Below are positions 47,250 through 56,653 of a stretch of DNA of 64,000 nt, piece after piece. How positions within the stretch are numbered: position 1 is the stretch's first letter; each line of letters starts with the position of its first letter. Source of the stretch: Terriglobia bacterium (lineage in GTDB: Bacteria; Acidobacteriota; Terriglobia; 20CM-2-55-15); the NCBI GenBank assembly GCA_965247425.1, contig OZ252023.1, forward strand, positions 348,891-412,890. Reading direction: 5' to 3'. The notes under the pieces are model-generated. The model was not told the origin of the DNA and did not search any database. It worked only from the letters and a program-made list of their open reading frames with translations. The position numbers and the translations under genes were made by a program.

Positions 47250-47278
47250 TTATCGGCAGGGCGGCCGCAGAACTTTAG
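47250..47278 (-). promoter_or_regulatory. sigma-28 (FliA)-type promoter for the flagellin gene
   Basis: Minus strand reads CTAAAGTT-ctgcggccgccct-GCCGATAA, i.e. TAAA-N16-GCCGATAA, about 65 nt upstream of the flagellin ATG. Confidence 0.7.
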
Positions 47279-47727
47279 CCATACAAATCTATGCCTAGGA
47301 AATATTCCTGGTTCGCGACATCCTAAAGATCCTTTGCGGTGCGTATTATTTGGACCGCTCTGTCGCCGGGCACGGGAAGAGAATCTGGCACCGTAAGGTG
47401 CTGGAAATACTCTGGAATACTTGAAACACTCCTTCTCCGCTTCGAAGTATCGTGATGACGATCCCTGCGTAGCATCCCATTTGAATGTATTGGAGCTGCC
47501 GAAGACTAGGAAAAATGCTGGCATTTTCCCGGTCTCAAATGAGAAAATCGCACCTCAAAAATCCGGGCTGCCAGACGCTCTCGCCCGAATTCTGCAAGAC
47601 GCATCCCGAACAGCATCCGACCCCGGCCCCTGCATTACGAGCCGCGTGGATGTGGGTGTGTTTGCGTCCGAGTGTCGGACGTCGGAGACGGGGCAGCGGA
47701 AATTCCGCTAACGAGGAGATCAGACTG

Positions 47728-48471
47728 ATGACTTTACATGTGTTTCGACGGTTAACGCACAATGCAGCTCTCTTGTTCTTGATCATGTTCTTTCCGACGC
47801 TGGCCCTGGCCGCGGGTCCCTGCAGCGGCCTTCCGAGCCACGCCGATCTCCGCCAAGCCCTCACGGACGTTGCCGTGGACGAAGTGTTCGGTACCAACGG
47901 AGGATTTGGCCTCAACATGTGGGGGACGATCGTCAATCGCGATGGCGAAGTCTGCGCTGTCGCGTTCACCGGCGATGACCGCGGCGATCAGTGGCCCGGC
48001 AGTCGCGTGATATCGGCCCAGAAGGCCAACACGGCGAACGCCTTCAGTTTGCCGGACCTGGCTCTGTCGACGGCGATGTTGTTTTCGCTGGTACAGCCCG
48101 ACGGAAGCCTGTTCGGACTGCAGGAAAGCAACCCGGTGGATGTGGACGTGGCGTACGGCGGAGATTCAAGAAACAACGGCCGGCACAACGATCCCATGGT
48201 CGGCAAGAAAATCGGAGGAGTCAACGTTTTCGGTGGTGGTCTGGCGCTTTATGATTCCGACGATGTCCTGGTTGGAGCCATCGGTGTCAGTGGTGACACG
48301 TCCTGTACCGACCACGTCATCGCATGGAGAACCCGTGCGTTGCTGGGACTCGACAATACACCGACAGTCGACAACATCATCTTCGACATCGCTCCCGACG
48401 CGAATGGTCATCTGGTCAGCGCCAGTGCCTTCGGGCATCCGACCTGCGGCGCCCCGGTCATCGTGCCGTAA
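47728..48471 (+). CDS. GlcG/HbpS-like (DUF336) heme-binding-type protein, secreted
   Basis: AGGAGA RBS plus an ATG at 47728 with signal FLIMFFPTLALAAGP. GGGLALYDSDDVLVGAIGVSGDTSCTDHVIAWR is typical of DUF336. Confidence 0.7.
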   Translation: MTLHVFRRLTHNAALLFLIMFFPTLALAAGPCSGLPSHADLRQALTDVAVDEVFGTNGGFGLNMWGTIVNRDGEVCAVAFTGDDRGDQWPGSRVISAQKANTANAFSLPDLALSTAMLFSLVQPDGSLFGLQESNPVDVDVAYGGDSRNNGRHNDPMVGKKIGGVNVFGGGLALYDSDDVLVGAIGVSGDTSCTDHVIAWRTRALLGLDNTPTVDNIIFDIAPDANGHLVSASAFGHPTCGAPVIVP

Positions 48472-48485
48472 GACCGGGTCCTTGT

Positions 48486-48516
48486 GGACGGGGGAGGGAG
48501 TTTTCCTCCTCCGTCC
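48486..48516. terminator. imperfect GC-rich hairpin between convergent genes (possible bidirectional terminator)
   Basis: ggacgggggaggga-gtttt-cctcctccgtcc, located between the glcG-like stop (48471) and the glyQS stop (48550). Confidence 0.35.
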
Positions 48517-48549
48517 CTACACCTGAGAATGATGAGACGAACTGTGGAG

Positions 48550-49935
48550 TCACCGGAGTCGCTCCTGAAGATACCCATCGAGGGAATCGACACCGATTCG
48601 ATCCTGCGCCATCGTGTCGCGGTGGCGGACCGTCACTTGTTGGTCCTCGAGCGACTGGTGATCGACGGTCACGCAGAAGGGAGTCCCGATCTCATCCTGC
48701 CGCGCGTAGCATTTGCCGATATTCCCGCTGTCGTCGAAGAGACTGCGTAGCCGCCCTGCCGCCTGAAGATCCCGCTTGATGCGCTTGCCCATCTCCACCA
48801 GTTCGGGTTTGTTTCGCGCCAGCGGAATGACGGCGACTTTGACGGGCGAAAGGTCCGGGTGCAGGTGCAGGACCGTGCGTTTCTTGCCACCCTCGAGCGT
48901 CTGCTCCTCGTAGGCGTCCATCAGGAACGCCAGCGTGATGCGGTCGACTCCCCCGGAGGGCTCAATGACGTAGGGCGTCAGGTGCGTGTTCGTTTTCGTG
49001 TCTAGATAGGTTTGCTTCTTCACCGCGTGTTCGTTCGTGAGGAACGATCCATCGGGGAGATGCGTCTTCCCACCTTTGGTATGTCCGGCGAGATCGTGAT
49101 CCGTGCGATTGGCGATGCCCTCAACCTCGTCGAACTGCTTGCTCTCATCTTCGCGTTCCGGGAAGAAGCGGTAGACAAGATCGGTCGTCGCCTTCGCGTA
49201 ATGGGCGAGTTCATCCCCGACCTGGACGTACTTCCGCAGGTTCTCGGGTCGGATGCCGTACTTGTGATACCACTCCACGCGGTCGGTGATCCATCGTTCG
49301 TGCCATTCCTCATCCGAGCCCGGCATGACGAAGTATTCGATCTCCATCTGCTCGAACTCCCGGACGCGGAAGATGAAGTTCCTGGGTGTGATCTCGTTGC
49401 GGTACGCCTTACCGATCTGCGCGATACCGAACGGCAGCTTGCGGTTCGTCGAGTCGATGACGTTCTTGAAGTTGACGAAGATGCCCTGGGCTGTTTCCGG
49501 TCTCAGGTACGCGATACTCTCTTCGTTCTCGACTGGCCCGACCGTCGTCTTGAACATGAGGTTGAACGGGCGCGGTTCGGTCAGGTCGTGCTGGCCGCCG
49601 CTCGAGCATTTTTCTCCCGCGTCCACGTGGTCGGCGCGGAACCGCTTCTTGCACTTCCGACAGTCGACCATTGGGTCGGAGAATGTGGCCTCGTGACCGG
49701 AGTACTTGAGAACGTTGCGGTTCATGAGGATTGCGGAATCGAGCCCTTCCATGTCGTCCCGCTCGTAAACGTTCGCACTCCACCAGACCCGTTTCACGTT
49801 GTTCTTCAGTTCCACCCCCATGGGGCCGTAATCCCAGGTCCCCTGGAGACCCCCGTACAATTCGCTTCCCTGGAAGAGAAAACCCCGCCGTTTACAAAGC
49901 GATACGATCTTGTCCATCGTCGCGACCGCCATCAA
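48550..49935 (-). CDS. glyQS: glycine--tRNA ligase (single-chain class II)
   Basis: [40 protein letters not shown]..., [21 protein letters not shown] and a C-terminal anticodon-binding region. Confidence 0.92.
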   Translation of the reverse strand: MMAVATMDKIVSLCKRRGFLFQGSELYGGLQGTWDYGPMGVELKNNVKRVWWSANVYERDDMEGLDSAILMNRNVLKYSGHEATFSDPMVDCRKCKKRFRADHVDAGEKCSSGGQHDLTEPRPFNLMFKTTVGPVENEESIAYLRPETAQGIFVNFKNVIDSTNRKLPFGIAQIGKAYRNEITPRNFIFRVREFEQMEIEYFVMPGSDEEWHERWITDRVEWYHKYGIRPENLRKYVQVGDELAHYAKATTDLVYRFFPEREDESKQFDEVEGIANRTDHDLAGHTKGGKTHLPDGSFLTNEHAVKKQTYLDTKTNTHLTPYVIEPSGGVDRITLAFLMDAYEEQTLEGGKKRTVLHLHPDLSPVKVAVIPLARNKPELVEMGKRIKRDLQAAGRLRSLFDDSGNIGKCYARQDEIGTPFCVTVDHQSLEDQQVTVRHRDTMAQDRIGVDSLDGYLQERLR

Positions 49936-49982
49936 TCCTCCTTAACGCCAAATATCAAAATATACCACGCCGCCGACAGCTG

Positions 49983-52166
49983 CTACGGCTCGGTGGCTAC
50001 TGCGACGATCAGCTCGGCGAGATGGGTCAGATCCCGCAGGTCCAGCACCTCGCCGGGGGAGTGACTGTACCTTCCGGGCCAGGAGAGTCCCTGGTTCGGC
50101 GCACCCCAGAAAGTGAACTGAGTCCCGTCGGTACCGCCTTGAGTGAGGCCCATCTGGAGAGGGATGCCCGCGGCGGCAGCGATTCGTCTGACCCGTGCAC
50201 GTTCGCGATCCGGAGAAATTCCGGAGTTCTCGATGGCCCGCAATACGGGACCGTTTCCGAGGGGGGCGTACGCGAAGTGGGGCGACTCGAGTGGGGTGTC
50301 CGACGACACGAACGTGTCCACCGAGTAGATCCTGCGTGCGGTCGCCGCGAAACGACGGGCCATGGCGCCTGCGCCGACCAGGCCTCCTTCCTCGTGCACC
50401 GACCATGCGAATATCACCTGGCTCTGAAGCCGATCGGGGTTCAGAGCGTTTACAGCAAGAATCAAGGCCGTCGTGCCGGCCCGGTCGTCCAGAGCTCGCG
50501 CGACGAACCGGGTCGATCCCATGCGCAACCCCTCCTTGTAGCTCGTCACCGCGGAGCCGACCCCCACGCCGCGCTCCGAGAGCGCCGCGGCGTTGAGGCC
50601 AAACCATGCCGTAAGCGTGCCCGGGTTCTTTTCGTCCGCCTCGTTCCGTGTACGGAAGACACCCCGGAGCGGCTCTGGGGCCGATGCAGAAAGAGACGTC
50701 GCTTTCCAGCGGGGATCGATGGCGGTCCCATCCCCCGTCCGCGTGCTTGGCGCTCCGGCAGGATCGAAGTGGAGAAGTGCGGTCTGGCCTTCCCAGGCCG
50801 ACGATACCGCGCCGCCCCGGCGGGCAAGCGTGACGATACCGTCCGGTGCGATGGATTCGACCTCGTAACCCACTTCGTCCATGTGCGCCATGAAGACTGT
50901 CGTGTCTCGTTCGGGGCCCACCGCAACCATGACGTTGCCGATGTCGTCCACGACGGCCCGATCCCGGGCCCATTCCGGGAGCGATTCGAGCACGAAACGT
51001 CGTACGGACCACTCGTGGCCCGGCACGGCGTGACGCTCGACCAGAGCTTTCAGGACAGTAGCGGTTCGCGTCAGTGATGCGTCCATGTGACTTGTGCGGA
51101 GGGGCGCTGGCGCTGGCGCCCGAACCCACGAAACGCCGGTCGGGAGGCTCATGCCGAGGGCCGCAGCCGTCCCCGACAGCATCGCCTGGGCCTCTTCGAC
51201 CCGGATGGTCTCCATGTGGGAACCGGGCGAACCTACCGCCGGAGCGATCCAGGTCAGCGAGGACAGATCCCTGGCGGAGAGAACGTCCCCAAATCGACCG
51301 AGAGATCCGGCAGGCCGTTCTTCAACGACGCGAGAGGACTGGCCGGGAGCCACCACGATCACTCCATCGAATTGACCGCCGCGGGCGATCAATGAAGAGA
51401 GTCCCACCCAACCGAACGCCTCCTGGGAACTCAGGACAAAGTGGGTTTCTCCCCCGCCAGAGTCCCCGCGCTCCGCGATCTCGGCGAGTACCGCCACAGC
51501 GGCACAGCCCACGCGGCGTCCTGAGTCCGGACCAGCCACCGCTCCAGCGATGTTCCACGGGGGCAGGTGTCTGGAAACGGGGTCCAGGAGACCGATCCCG
51601 AGCTCCGCCACGCCGTCGGCAGACTCCGCACCGACATCCACCCAGAGATCGTCCGCGCCGACAACCGCGGTCTCGTCCCGGTGTTGCTGTGCGAAGTGGC
51701 CGTTGCTCCGACCGACGACTCCGGCGACTGGACCCTGCTCGGTGAGGATTCGCACCTGCTGGGCTTCGAACGCCTGGTCCCACAGGGGATGGCGCGAGCC
51801 TCTTCCGATGCGATGGACCCGGAGATATCCGGTGTCGGTGATCTGACTCACCGCGTAACCGGGACGGTCCAGCGCGCAGGCGACGATCCGCCGCGGGGAC
51901 CCGGAACCTACCCGCTTCACGAGGTTCCCCCACTGGTCGACCGTCCAGCCGGACATACCGGCTGCCAGATCCGTCGCGACACGAGTCTCATACCCCGTGG
52001 TAACGTCGAGTGCCACCCACGAGGCCATCGCCTCCTGATCGGCGTCGCTGTCCTGCGCAGCGAGCGCCGACGGGGGGATGAAGATCATGGCAAGAAATAA
52101 GGACATCCCAAATACGGCCTGCAATAGAAGGTTCGTCGTCGGTAGTGCGGTTTTCGAGTGCGGCAT
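49983..52166 (-). CDS. secreted tandem M42-family peptidase (degenerate N-terminal copy + intact C-terminal copy)
   Basis: The C-terminal half has FMAHMDEVGYEV, DDRAGTTAL, VHEEGGLVGA and GGTDGT. The N-terminal half is M42-like (ALDRPGYAVSQITDTGYLRVHRIG) but lacks the HxDE metal motif. Confidence 0.78.
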   Translation of the reverse strand: MPHSKTALPTTNLLLQAVFGMSLFLAMIFIPPSALAAQDSDADQEAMASWVALDVTTGYETRVATDLAAGMSGWTVDQWGNLVKRVGSGSPRRIVACALDRPGYAVSQITDTGYLRVHRIGRGSRHPLWDQAFEAQQVRILTEQGPVAGVVGRSNGHFAQQHRDETAVVGADDLWVDVGAESADGVAELGIGLLDPVSRHLPPWNIAGAVAGPDSGRRVGCAAVAVLAEIAERGDSGGGETHFVLSSQEAFGWVGLSSLIARGGQFDGVIVVAPGQSSRVVEERPAGSLGRFGDVLSARDLSSLTWIAPAVGSPGSHMETIRVEEAQAMLSGTAAALGMSLPTGVSWVRAPAPAPLRTSHMDASLTRTATVLKALVERHAVPGHEWSVRRFVLESLPEWARDRAVVDDIGNVMVAVGPERDTTVFMAHMDEVGYEVESIAPDGIVTLARRGGAVSSAWEGQTALLHFDPAGAPSTRTGDGTAIDPRWKATSLSASAPEPLRGVFRTRNEADEKNPGTLTAWFGLNAAALSERGVGVGSAVTSYKEGLRMGSTRFVARALDDRAGTTALILAVNALNPDRLQSQVIFAWSVHEEGGLVGAGAMARRFAATARRIYSVDTFVSSDTPLESPHFAYAPLGNGPVLRAIENSGISPDRERARVRRIAAAAGIPLQMGLTQGGTDGTQFTFWGAPNQGLSWPGRYSHSPGEVLDLRDLTHLAELIVAVATEP

Positions 52167-52489
52167 GGTTCGGGGTCCCTCCGTTCCTGATTCCTATCCG
52201 TTCAAGATATTCTTTCAAACTGAAGTTCCTATCGATCTTAAACGCCGCTCCGCTCCTGTCAACAACTTGTCCTTCCATGAAACCTCTCCGATGGATGTTG
52301 CCCGACGCAACGTGGGGCTTGAATCAATCTGGATGGGGCTCGGCGTTACCTGCCAGGATCGGCGACTATCTCCAACTGAAGGGCTCGCCCACCGGACCCG
52401 CACATGTTCCTGCTTTCTCCCGCGCGATTGTAACCATTTGACTTTGCCGGACGTTAGAGGTGACAGTAGGCAGACTTTGGAGCATTTGA

Positions 52490-54934
52490 ATGAGCGAAGC
52501 GGTTGTAGATTCGAAGTCCGATTCTCCGGTTTCTAACGCGGCATTTCCGCTGCTGGTGTTCTTGTTCATAGGCAGTGGCTGCGCGGCGTTGATCTACGAA
52601 GTCGTGTGGTTCCAACTGCTCGGATTCGTGATTGGGGCGTCTTCAGTGTCGCTGGGTGTGTTGCTGGGAACGTTTATGGGAGGCATGTGCCTTGGCAGTT
52701 ACCTGTTGCCACGTCTTGTTTCCCCCAAACACCACCCGCTGCGCGTGTACGCCTTTCTCGAACTCGGAATCGGTGTCATCGGGGTCCTGGTGCTGTATGG
52801 AATGCCCCTGGTCGGCGGCGTTTACACCACATGGGCCGGTTCGGGCTTCATCGGCCTCCTCTTGCGAGGCCTCGCCGCGGCAATCTGTTTGCTGCCTCCA
52901 ACGATCCTCATGGGAGCGACACTGCCCGCTGTGGCCCGTTGGGTCAAGACGACGCCGGATGGCGTATCGTGGCTGGGATTCTTCTACGGTGGGAACATCG
53001 CCGGGGCTGTTCTGGGCAGCTTGCTTGCCGGCTTCTACCTGCTCCGGGTCTATGACGTCGCGATCGCGACTTTCGCCGCTCTCGGCCTGAACATTGCCGT
53101 CGCGTTGCTGGGCCTTGCGGCTGCGAAGGTGACAACCTACGAACCCGCTATGGAGCACTCAGGCCGAGAGCCATCGAACACCGGCGCCTGGCCGGTCTAT
53201 GTGACGATCGGTCTGTCCGGGATGACGGCTCTCGCGGCCGAGGTCATCTGGACGCGGCATTTGTCGCTTCTGTTCGGAGCGACCGTCTACACCTTTTCGC
53301 TCATACTGGCGGTCTTTCTATTGGGGCTTGGGATTGGAAGTACAGGGGGATCCGCACTCTCACGGTCCTTCAAAAAGCCGAGGCTGGCGTTGGGATGGTG
53401 CCAGCTTGGACTGTGTCTGGCGATCGGCTGGACGGCGTACATGGTGACCGAGTCCCTGCCTTACTGGCCCATAGACCTGACCATTGCCGCCGATCCGTGG
53501 ATCAACCTTCAGTTGGATTTCGTGCGGGCGTTGTGGGCGATGCTTCCACCGGCCATCCTCTGGGGCGCGAGTTTTCCCCTGGCTCTGGCCGCGGCAGCCA
53601 CTCGCGGACAGGATCCCGGGCGACTGGTGGGCGGCCTGTATGCGGCCAACACCATCGGGGCCATCGTCGGGTCTCTGGGCGCGAGCCTCATACTTGTGAT
53701 ATCGATCGGCAGCCACCACGCGCAGCAGGTCCTGATCGTCTTTGCCGCCATTTCCGGGCTGCTGATGTGGCTGCCCATTGGCCGCGATGTCGTCTTTCCC
53801 AGAACGGGTTTCCAGTCCGCGGCAATGGGGCTGGCCTTGGGGTGTGCCGCACTGCTGGTCGTCAGCGTGCCTCCAGTTCCGGGAGAATTTATCGCTTTCG
53901 GCCGCTTCCTGCCTATCTGGGGCCAGCGCCCCGAGGTCATCTATGTGGGGGAGGGATTGACCGGATCCGTGGCGGTGACCCGGGAACTGGATGGAATTCT
54001 CAACTATCACAATGCCGGGAAGGTTCAGGCATCGAGCTATCCCGAAGATATGAGGCTCCAGAGGATGCTCGGTCACCTCACCACCCTGGTGCCGGAAAAT
54101 CGCGGATCGTTCCTTGTTATCGGGTGCGGTGCGGGAGTGACAGCCGGAGCGGTCAGCATCAACCCCGAGGCCGAGAGCGTCATCATCGCGGAAATCGAAC
54201 CGCTCGTGCCGGAGGTCGTTTCAAGGTATTTCGGGGAAGAGAACTACCAGGTTGTCGACAACCCCAAGGTAGAGATCCACATCGATGACGGCCGTCACTT
54301 CCTGCTCACCACGAATCAGAAGTTCGACGGAATCACATCCGACCCACTCGACCCGTGGGTCAAGGGGGCCGCCGCTCTCTACACGCGAGAGTTCTGGCAA
54401 CTGGCCAGGGATCATCTGAATCCCGGGGGCGTGGTTACCGTGTTTGTACAGCTTTACGAAAGCACCGAGGAGGCGGTGAAGAGCGAGATCGCCACCTTCA
54501 TGGAAGTGTTCCCGAACGGAGCGGTTTTTGCGAATACGGTCGAAGGGTCGGGCTACGACGTCGTCCTGCTGGGTCGGGCCGAGGATGACAAGATCGACAT
54601 CGACCGGATTCAGGCGCGATTGAGCAGTCCGGAATACCGTCAGGTCGCAGAATCCCTTCGTGAAGTCGGGTTCTACTCCGCGGTCGATCTGCTGGGAACC
54701 TTTGCCGGGCAGGTTTCCGACCTTGCGCCCTGGCTCGAGGACGCTTCGATCAATCGGGACAGGAACCTGAGACTGCAATACCTGGCCGGAATGGGGCTGA
54801 ACCTCTATCAGGCTGATGTGATCTTCAACAATATGGTCTCTTCCGGAGTGCAATTTCCCGAGAATTTGTTTACGGGTTCGGCCGGGGCCATGCAGGCTCT
54901 CGAAAGAGAGGTCCAGGTACGCCAGGGTCGATGA
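52490..54934 (+). CDS. fused polytopic membrane domain / spermidine-synthase-like aminopropyltransferase
   Basis: About 480 aa of TM helices, followed by FLVIGCGAGVTAGA...IAEIEP...DGITSDPLDPWVKGAAALYTREF. Confidence 0.85.
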   Translation: MSEAVVDSKSDSPVSNAAFPLLVFLFIGSGCAALIYEVVWFQLLGFVIGASSVSLGVLLGTFMGGMCLGSYLLPRLVSPKHHPLRVYAFLELGIGVIGVLVLYGMPLVGGVYTTWAGSGFIGLLLRGLAAAICLLPPTILMGATLPAVARWVKTTPDGVSWLGFFYGGNIAGAVLGSLLAGFYLLRVYDVAIATFAALGLNIAVALLGLAAAKVTTYEPAMEHSGREPSNTGAWPVYVTIGLSGMTALAAEVIWTRHLSLLFGATVYTFSLILAVFLLGLGIGSTGGSALSRSFKKPRLALGWCQLGLCLAIGWTAYMVTESLPYWPIDLTIAADPWINLQLDFVRALWAMLPPAILWGASFPLALAAAATRGQDPGRLVGGLYAANTIGAIVGSLGASLILVISIGSHHAQQVLIVFAAISGLLMWLPIGRDVVFPRTGFQSAAMGLALGCAALLVVSVPPVPGEFIAFGRFLPIWGQRPEVIYVGEGLTGSVAVTRELDGILNYHNAGKVQASSYPEDMRLQRMLGHLTTLVPENRGSFLVIGCGAGVTAGAVSINPEAESVIIAEIEPLVPEVVSRYFGEENYQVVDNPKVEIHIDDGRHFLLTTNQKFDGITSDPLDPWVKGAAALYTREFWQLARDHLNPGGVVTVFVQLYESTEEAVKSEIATFMEVFPNGAVFANTVEGSGYDVVLLGRAEDDKIDIDRIQARLSSPEYRQVAESLREVGFYSAVDLLGTFAGQVSDLAPWLEDASINRDRNLRLQYLAGMGLNLYQADVIFNNMVSSGVQFPENLFTGSAGAMQALEREVQVRQGR

Positions 54935-55815
54935 GCCAAGGGTCTTTCGGCAGCCAGAGTATGGTCGAGCCACTTCGTACGGTGGTGGTCAAACGACCGA
55001 CCGAAGCGTTTCGATCGAGGACGGCAATCGCGCGGGAATGGGAAGGGTTGGACTACCTCCGCCCGCCGGACATGGATCGCGCCGCAAAGGATCACCAACA
55101 ATTTGTTTCGCTTCTCGAGTCGGCGGGAGCCACCGTGCTCAGCCTGCCTCTTGATGAACGCACCGGCCTGGATTCGCTTTATCCCCACGACCCTGTTCTG
55201 ATCACCAACCAGGGCGCAGTCGTTTTCCAGACGGGAAAACCGGCCCGCAGGGGCGAAGGGCCTGCGTTTGCGGACGCGTTGGAAGGATGGGGCGTGCCGG
55301 TCCTTGGAACCATTGGTGGTGATGCGACCGCAGAAGGCGGCGACATGGTCTGGCTGGACTCTCGAACGCTGGTCGCGGGTCGGGGATTCCGGACCAATGA
55401 AGCGGCCATCGCGGCGATCGGAGACCTGTTGAAGCCCCTGAATGTGACCGTGGTCCCGGTTCACCTCCCCTATTGGAACGGAAGACAGGAAGTGTTGCAC
55501 CTGCAGTCGCTCCTCAGCCTGGTGGCCGACGACCTTGCCGTTGTGTTCCGGCGTCTGCTGCCCGTGCCGCTCTTTGAGATGCTCAAAGAAAGAGGCGTGG
55601 GATTGATAGACGTTCCCGACGAGGAATACGATTCACTCGGATGTAACGTCCTGACGGTCTCCCCCCGCAACGTGGTCATGGCCGCAGGCAATCCCGCAAC
55701 CCGTTCCCGCCTTGAAGCCGCAGGCTGCAAAGTGAGGGAGTTCGACGGTGGCGAAATCTGCATCCCCGGCGCCGGCGGCCCCACCTGCCTCACCCGCCCC
55801 TTGTGGCGCGAGTAA
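54931..55815 (+). CDS. amidinotransferase-superfamily enzyme (dimethylarginine dimethylaminohydrolase / arginine deiminase-like)
   Basis: AEGGDMVW, RTN, LHLQSL and C-terminal GGPTCLTRPL (Cys nucleophile). The start overlaps the upstream stop (ATGA). Confidence 0.78.
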   Translation: MSQGSFGSQSMVEPLRTVVVKRPTEAFRSRTAIAREWEGLDYLRPPDMDRAAKDHQQFVSLLESAGATVLSLPLDERTGLDSLYPHDPVLITNQGAVVFQTGKPARRGEGPAFADALEGWGVPVLGTIGGDATAEGGDMVWLDSRTLVAGRGFRTNEAAIAAIGDLLKPLNVTVVPVHLPYWNGRQEVLHLQSLLSLVADDLAVVFRRLLPVPLFEMLKERGVGLIDVPDEEYDSLGCNVLTVSPRNVVMAAGNPATRSRLEAAGCKVREFDGGEICIPGAGGPTCLTRPLWRE

Positions 55816-55847
55816 GTAACGGTCAAGAGAATAAGGTACGCCGTTAG

Positions 55848-56009
55848 CGTGTCGGGGCGACCGTCTCTGGCCGCCCGCCGGTTTAGCCGTCACTGATTCC
55901 AAAGGCCGTGAGTTCGAGTCGTCCATCGCCACCCGGAATGTTGGCCGGAAGAGTTGGCAGGGAAAGCGGGGCTTGTGGGGCGGGTGGCCAGGGACGGCCA
56001 CCCCGACAC
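55848..56009. repeat. MITE/REP-like element family B, long copy (31-bp imperfect TIR)
   Basis: gtgtcggggcgaccgtctctggccgcccgcc versus the reverse complement of the 3' end (gtgtcggggtggccgtccctggccacccgcc) gives 27/31 matches. The 3' ~30 nt are identical to 20799-20828. Confidence 0.55.
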
Positions 56010-56022
56010 TCTTTGCGGTGGA

Positions 56023-56154
56023 CTATCGGTCTTCGAGGAGATTGCGGAGCTCGCTGAGGCGGCGATCACATTGCCTCTGCTTTCCGGACACCAACAACAT
56101 GTAACCGAAGATGGCGATCCAGACGACGATGTTGGCTGCGATGACCCAGCTCAT
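56023..56154 (-). CDS. ccmD: CcmD-like small membrane protein (alternative CcmD family)
   Basis: 43 aa: MSWVIAANIVVWIAIFGYMLLVSGKQRQCDRRLSELRNLLEDR. Single TM plus a charged tail. ATGA overlap with the ccmC stop. Confidence 0.65.
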   Translation of the reverse strand: MSWVIAANIVVWIAIFGYMLLVSGKQRQCDRRLSELRNLLEDR

Positions 56155-56653
56155 TTCGAGTACACCTGCTGTTGGAGGTATTCGATTTCCTGTCGGGTCT
56201 CTTCGACCGCCATGCGTTTTCGCACAAGGTGGGTGTAGATCGACAGGAAGGCGGCAAACGTTACGATGAAGGCGATGAACATGTCCGGGGTCAGGGCCGA
56301 ATTCGGATCTCCGGCCAGGACGGCCGAAGGGTGCTGGGTTCGCCACCATCGTATGGCCATGTAATTGACCGGAACGTCGAGGAAAGCCAGGATTCCGACC
56401 GCAGCCTGTACGGTGGCCCTCTTCCTCGGATCGGCGATGTAGGCTCCCAGCATCAGGTAACCGATGAAACTGACCCAAAGCACCAACTGCAGTGTCAGGC
56501 GCGCGTCCCAGGTCCACCAGATGCCCCAAATTGGCTTGGCCCAGATGACGCCCGTCACCAAGTTGATCGACGCGAACAGAACCGCGACTTCTGCCGAACA
56601 GCGAGCGACCCTGTCCCAGATCAAGTCTCGCTTCAAGAGGAAGCCAATGCTAG

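Noticed and set aside
47386-47402. sigma-54-like TGGCAC-N5-GGTGC upstream of the GlcG-like gene
   Set aside because: The -12 element is off-consensus or off by one in spacing, and the site is about 340 nt from the start codon. It is not convincing without an enhancer-binding protein nearby.
49731-51129. Alternative-frame ORFs (49731-51077 +, 49942-51129 -) overlapping the M42 gene
   Set aside because: Only the 49983-52166 minus frame carries M42 catalytic motifs and a signal peptide. The others are Arg/Pro-rich shadows.
55904-55934. tRNA-like T-arm (gagttcgagtc...caccc) inside repeat family B copy
   Set aside because: The flanking bases do not form a T-stem, and no acceptor or anticodon arms could be built. 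At most it is a tRNA-derived fragment within the repeat.
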